This document shows positions 60,151-64,000 of a stretch of DNA of 64,000 nt, one piece after another; position 1 is the first letter of the stretch, and each line of letters starts with the position of its first letter. Source of the DNA: Aquificaceae bacterium. GTDB lineage: Bacteria; Aquificota; Aquificia; Aquificales; Aquificaceae. Where the stretch lies: the NCBI GenBank assembly GCA_037925075.1, contig JAXSNR010000001.1, positions 64,001 to 128,000 of the forward strand, read 5' to 3'. Both the position numbers and the translations under genes were made by a program. The notes beneath the pieces were generated by a model. The model searched no databases and was not told the origin of the DNA. It worked only from the letters and a program-made list of their open reading frames with translations.

Positions 60151-61236
60151 ATGGAAGCTTTTAACCCTACCAGAATAAAGGTGTTCGGAGTCGGGGGCGG
60201 TGGCTCCAACGCGGTAAACAGGATGTATCTTGAAGGTATGGAAGGGGTAGACCTCTTTGTGATAAATACAGACGTTCAACATATCGCATCTCTCTCTGTC
60301 CCTAACAAAATACAGATAGGTGAAAAGGTTACAAAGGGCTTGGGTGCTGGTGCAAAGCCAGAGATAGGAGAGCAAGCAGCCCTTGAGGATGCGGACAAGA
60401 TAAGGGAGGTTCTCAGAAACACAGACATGCTCTTTATAGCCAGTGGTCTTGGTGGAGGGACTGGAACTGGTGCAGCACCTGTAATAGCGGAAATAGCCAA
60501 AGATATGGGTATACTTACAGTGGCTGTGGTTACTAAACCCTTTAACTTCGAAGGACCAAAAAGGATGCAGGTGGCAAACGAAGGACTTGAAAAGCTCAAA
60601 GATGTGGTGGATACCTACATAGTGGTTAACAATCAGAAGCTGGTAGAGATGGCTGATCGAAACTTCAGCATAAAGGACGCCTTTAAAATGGTGGATGATG
60701 TTTTGGCAAAGGCGGTCATGGGGATAACCAGTATAGTGGTCACTCCAGCCCTTATAAATGTGGACTTTGCGGACGTTAAAACGGTCATGGAAAAGGGTGG
60801 TCTTGCCCTTATAGGCATAGGCGAAGGCAGGGGAGATGGAAGAAGGGACTATGCCATAGAACAAGCCATAAGCAGTCCTCTTCTTGAAGGCAACAGCATA
60901 CAGGGTGCAAGGAGGCTTCTTGTAACCCTTTGGGTAAGCGAGGATGTGCCCTTTAGAGAGGTTGAGGAAACCATAAGCAGGATAAGAGAAACCGCCCATG
61001 AAGACGCATTAATAATCTTTGGTGCAATGCTTGAAAACAGTAAGGAAAACTTCATGCGGGTGGCTGTGGTTGCCACTGATTTTGAAAACGCCCAAAGCTT
61101 GGGACAGCTCAAAGTGGTCAAAAAACCCGAATTTAAAGAGCCCATGAAAAAGGCAGTCCCAGAAACCACCATAGAACCTATTCAACCAGAAATTGAAGAA
61201 ATACCCGCCTATCTTAGGAGGAAGAGGAAGATATAA
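60151..61236 (+). CDS. ftsZ: Cell division protein FtsZ
   Basis: GVGGGGSNAV, GGGTGTG, INVDFADV, C-terminal IPAYLRR. Confidence 0.97.
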   Translation: MEAFNPTRIKVFGVGGGGSNAVNRMYLEGMEGVDLFVINTDVQHIASLSVPNKIQIGEKVTKGLGAGAKPEIGEQAALEDADKIREVLRNTDMLFIASGLGGGTGTGAAPVIAEIAKDMGILTVAVVTKPFNFEGPKRMQVANEGLEKLKDVVDTYIVVNNQKLVEMADRNFSIKDAFKMVDDVLAKAVMGITSIVVTPALINVDFADVKTVMEKGGLALIGIGEGRGDGRRDYAIEQAISSPLLEGNSIQGARRLLVTLWVSEDVPFREVEETISRIRETAHEDALIIFGAMLENSKENFMRVAVVATDFENAQSLGQLKVVKKPEFKEPMKKAVPETTIEPIQPEIEEIPAYLRRKRKI

Positions 61237-61239
61237 CCT

Positions 61240-61512
61240 ATGCAGAGAATAGACACAAGGGGTGATAAGTCCTTAGCCTTCCTTTTGGGACTTGTTTATG
61301 GATATAGGAATGCGGAATTTGAGCTAAAAATTTTTGACCTTGAACACTTTTGCATAGAGAATCATCTAAAAGACAAAGTTTATTACATAAACAGAAAGAG
61401 TGGAGAGCTCTATGAACACTACACAGAAGAAACCACGCACATATGCGCCATAAGGGAAGATAAAATTAACGGTAAAGTGGTGCTTTTTGTATACAAAAAG
61501 AAAGTGAAATAA
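61240..61512 (+). CDS. Hypothetical protein
   Basis: 90-aa ORF starting 3 nt after the ftsZ stop. Confidence 0.6.
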   Translation: MQRIDTRGDKSLAFLLGLVYGYRNAEFELKIFDLEHFCIENHLKDKVYYINRKSGELYEHYTEETTHICAIREDKINGKVVLFVYKKKVK

Positions 61513-61517
61513 AAGCC

Positions 61518-61546
61518 TTGAATTAAAAGGGTTCAAAGCCTATAAT
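61518..61546 (+). promoter_or_regulatory. Putative sigma-70 promoter (near-leaderless) of the TolC/CusB operon with overlapping dyad
   Basis: TTGAAT-17 nt-TATAAT-6 nt-ATG; dyad TTGAA-N9-TTCAA at 61518-61536. Confidence 0.55.
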
Positions 61547-61552
61547 ACCAGC

Positions 61553-62737
61553 ATGCTTTTTATGATGCTCCTTTTCCTTATCATTTCCTCTTCTTCCAAC
61601 GCAGGGGAGGTTGAAGAGCTTGTAAGATACGCCCTTGAGAATTCACCGGTATTAAAAACCTACCAAAACATGAAAAGGTCAGTCCAACACAAGGAAAGGT
61701 ATCTAAAAAGCCTACCCAACCCATCAGTCTCCGCAGGACTTGTTAACCTTCCACTAAACAGACCCTATCCAAGCAAGTACGAACCTATGAGCAGTTTCTC
61801 CATCGGAGTGAGCCAGATGTACACCCTTCCCATAAAGAGAGAAAGAGAGGCTTTTGTGGCAAGGGCAGAAGTTGAACTTTTAAGCAGGCAGGAGGAAGTA
61901 GCAAAAAGGGAGCTTGTGAGAGATATAAAGCTCAAGTATCTTGAGTGGCTGTACGCAGGAAAGAAGGAAGACCTTTTAAAGAATATACTTTCTGAGATAA
62001 GACTTCTTGAGAAGCTTACCGGAGAAAACTATAAGCTTGGAAAGGCAAGCCTTTCTGACCTTTTTTCTCTGAGTGCAGAAGCCATAAGGGTTGAAAGGGA
62101 AATAAAAAGCCTTTTAGAGGAAGGAAAACTAAAAAAGCTTGAGCTTGAGAGCCTTGTAGGGAAAAGGGTAGAACTTAGGGGAGAAGAACCAAACCTTGAA
62201 GAGTTTAACCTCAAAGAGCTTAACGAAGAAAAAAGCCCTTACCTTATGGCAGTTTTGGGTGATATAGAAAGGCTAAAAGCTGAAGTAGAAAGGAGAAGGG
62301 TAGAATACCTCCCAGACTTTGAGCTGATGGCGGAATATATGATAAGACCTGGTCTGGATAACATGTTCAGCCTCAGGGCAAGCATGAGCCTACCCCTTAG
62401 AAGGTCTATGAGGGAAGATCTTATGGTCCTTGAAAAATTGGAAGAGCTAAGGGCAAAGGAGCAAGAACTTGAAAGGCTAAAGCTTCAGCTTAGAAGGGAG
62501 ATAAACTCCCTGAAGGTGGAAGAAGAGAGGATAAGGGCGGTGCAAAGGCTCACAGAAGAGCTTATGAGGGAAAAGGAAAGGGAGCTGAAAGCCCTTGAGG
62601 TTTCTTATTCTTTTGGAAAGGCGGGCCTTAGGGACATACTCAGACTACACAGAGAACTATGGGAGCTTAGGATGGGCCTTCTTGAGCTTGAGCTCTCTCT
62701 AAAGAGCCTTTACATAAGGGCGGAGGTTTACCGATGA
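61553..62737 (+). CDS. TolC/CusC family outer membrane efflux protein
   Basis: Signal peptide, ALENSP, LPNP, YLPDF, helical repeats; coupled to an adaptor gene. Confidence 0.82.
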   Translation: MLFMMLLFLIISSSSNAGEVEELVRYALENSPVLKTYQNMKRSVQHKERYLKSLPNPSVSAGLVNLPLNRPYPSKYEPMSSFSIGVSQMYTLPIKREREAFVARAEVELLSRQEEVAKRELVRDIKLKYLEWLYAGKKEDLLKNILSEIRLLEKLTGENYKLGKASLSDLFSLSAEAIRVEREIKSLLEEGKLKKLELESLVGKRVELRGEEPNLEEFNLKELNEEKSPYLMAVLGDIERLKAEVERRRVEYLPDFELMAEYMIRPGLDNMFSLRASMSLPLRRSMREDLMVLEKLEELRAKEQELERLKLQLRREINSLKVEEERIRAVQRLTEELMREKERELKALEVSYSFGKAGLRDILRLHRELWELRMGLLELELSLKSLYIRAEVYR

Positions 62738-64000
62738 GAAAGGTTATTCTCTTTGCCTTTTTAGTGGTTTTTCTCGGCGTAGCCCTTTTGACCTTTTACA
62801 TTACAAAAAACTCCAAAGAAACTAAACATGAGAACCACAAGGCTTTACTTACCCTACAAGGGGAAGGTATAAGGCTTAACTTGTATTCGGAAGATGGAAG
62901 TCTCAAGGTGGGCAAAAACCGCATATTTCTTGAACTTAGCCCAGAGGGAAGGCTTGAAGGCTTGTACTTTTACATGCCACCTATGCCGGGGATGGGTGAG
63001 ATGCGAGAGGATGCCCTTCTTGAAGAGAAGGGAAAAGGGAGGTATGAGGGGACTGTAAGCATAAGTATGGCGGGTTCATGGCAGTTAATAGCAAAGGTTG
63101 ATGGGAAGGTTCTCAAAAGGGACCTATCCATACCCTTGCATACACAACAGAAGACTGAGAAAAGGGAGGAAGGCATAAGCATAACACCCGATAAACTTCA
63201 GCTTATTGGCATACAGTCAGAGGAGGTAAAGAGCATAGAGCTTATGGAAAGCTTTAGCACCGTCGGGTATGCGTCCTATGACCTATCAAGGACATACGAG
63301 GTGACCATCCGGTCTGACGCATGGGTTCTGGACACCTTTGGGAGGTTTGAAGGAGAGCTTATAGGTGCGGGTACGCCCCTTATGAGAATTCTGAGCCCTG
63401 AGGTGGAGATAGCTCAGGCTGAGCTAAGGCTTTCAAAGGAGATGGGAAGAAAGGAGCTTGAAAAGCTTGTGCAAGAAAGACTTTCTTACATTAAGGCTGG
63501 TGAGGTCATAAGCTCTCCATATTCTGGTGTGATCGTGGAAAGGAAGGTCTCGCCCGGAGGGTTTATAAAGGCTGGAGACACCGCCTATCGTATAGCGGAC
63601 ATATCAAAGGTATGGGTGATTGCGGAAGTACCCCAAGAGTACGCGGTAAGCGTAAAGAAGGGCATGAAGGTTATGCTAAGCCCTGTGGGAAGCCATGAAA
63701 GTATGTACGGAAAGGTTGAGTACATCTTCCCTGAGGCGGACAGAGAGGCAAGAACCATAAGGGTAAGGATAGACCTTCCAAGGAAAGACCTAAAGATAAA
63801 CCAACTCTTTGAGGTTTACTTTGAAATGTCCCTTGGAAAGGTCTTGGCGGTGCCAGAGAGTGCGGTGGTGGATACGGGCAGGAGGCAGGTGGTCTTTGTG
63901 GAAAGGGAGCCCGGGCTCTACGAGCCAAGAAGAGTAAAACTGGGAAGAAGGGCTGAGGGCTATTATGAGGTGCTTGAAGGACTTAGAGAAGGGGAGAAGG
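62734..64000 (+). CDS. CusB-like heavy-metal efflux periplasmic adaptor with N-terminal YtkA/FixH-like domain (3' end runs off window)
   Basis: Not in ORF track; manual translation MRKVILF...FYMPPMPGMGEM...GRYEG..SMAGSW...QLIGI...IADISKVWVIAEV...VPESAVVDTGRRQVVFV...YYEVLEGLREGE. Confidence 0.88.
   Translation, partial: MRKVILFAFLVVFLGVALLTFYITKNSKETKHENHKALLTLQGEGIRLNLYSEDGSLKVGKNRIFLELSPEGRLEGLYFYMPPMPGMGEMREDALLEEKGKGRYEGTVSISMAGSWQLIAKVDGKVLKRDLSIPLHTQQKTEKREEGISITPDKLQLIGIQSEEVKSIELMESFSTVGYASYDLSRTYEVTIRSDAWVLDTFGRFEGELIGAGTPLMRILSPEVEIAQAELRLSKEMGRKELEKLVQERLSYIKAGEVISSPYSGVIVERKVSPGGFIKAGDTAYRIADISKVWVIAEVPQEYAVSVKKGMKVMLSPVGSHESMYGKVEYIFPEADREARTIRVRIDLPRKDLKINQLFEVYFEMSLGKVLAVPESAVVDTGRRQVVFVEREPGLYEPRRVKLGRRAEGYYEVLEGLREGEK

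Overview
Compact 64-kb chromosomal window from an Aquificaceae-like thermophile (Hydrogenobacter/Thermocrinis-like by inference from HARP RNase P, Rnl3 RNA ligase, stand-alone MnmC2/MnmD and a Tat-exported Nar/NXR-type molybdoenzyme). Most of it is housekeeping: rpoD (partial), ilvC, ispF, fabG, folK, nrdAB, rlmD, nusA, rimP, an A2-type cytochrome c oxidase operon, tRNA-Phe, a MacAB-like exporter, an iscU/ThiI-like/TusA/Nfu/aroE/HARP operon, murB-ddl-ftsQAZ and the start of a Cus-like efflux operon. The accessory part is a ~10.4-kb minus-strand defence hotspot (1446-11858) between rpoD and a nitroreductase gene. It holds a Type IIG-like adenine MTase, a PLD-SF2 helicase, an orphan Mrr-like nuclease, a DUF2075 nuclease-helicase and internally deleted hsdM/hsdS relics. 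Two overlapping ~30-bp direct repeats reconstruct the ancestral nitroreductase/helicase junction and suggest that two cassettes were inserted there in nested fashion; no integrase is present in the window. Many transcription units appear leaderless, including two identical bidirectional -10 elements. No CRISPR array, rRNA or intact IS was seen. All family assignments are from motif recognition only; no database search was run.
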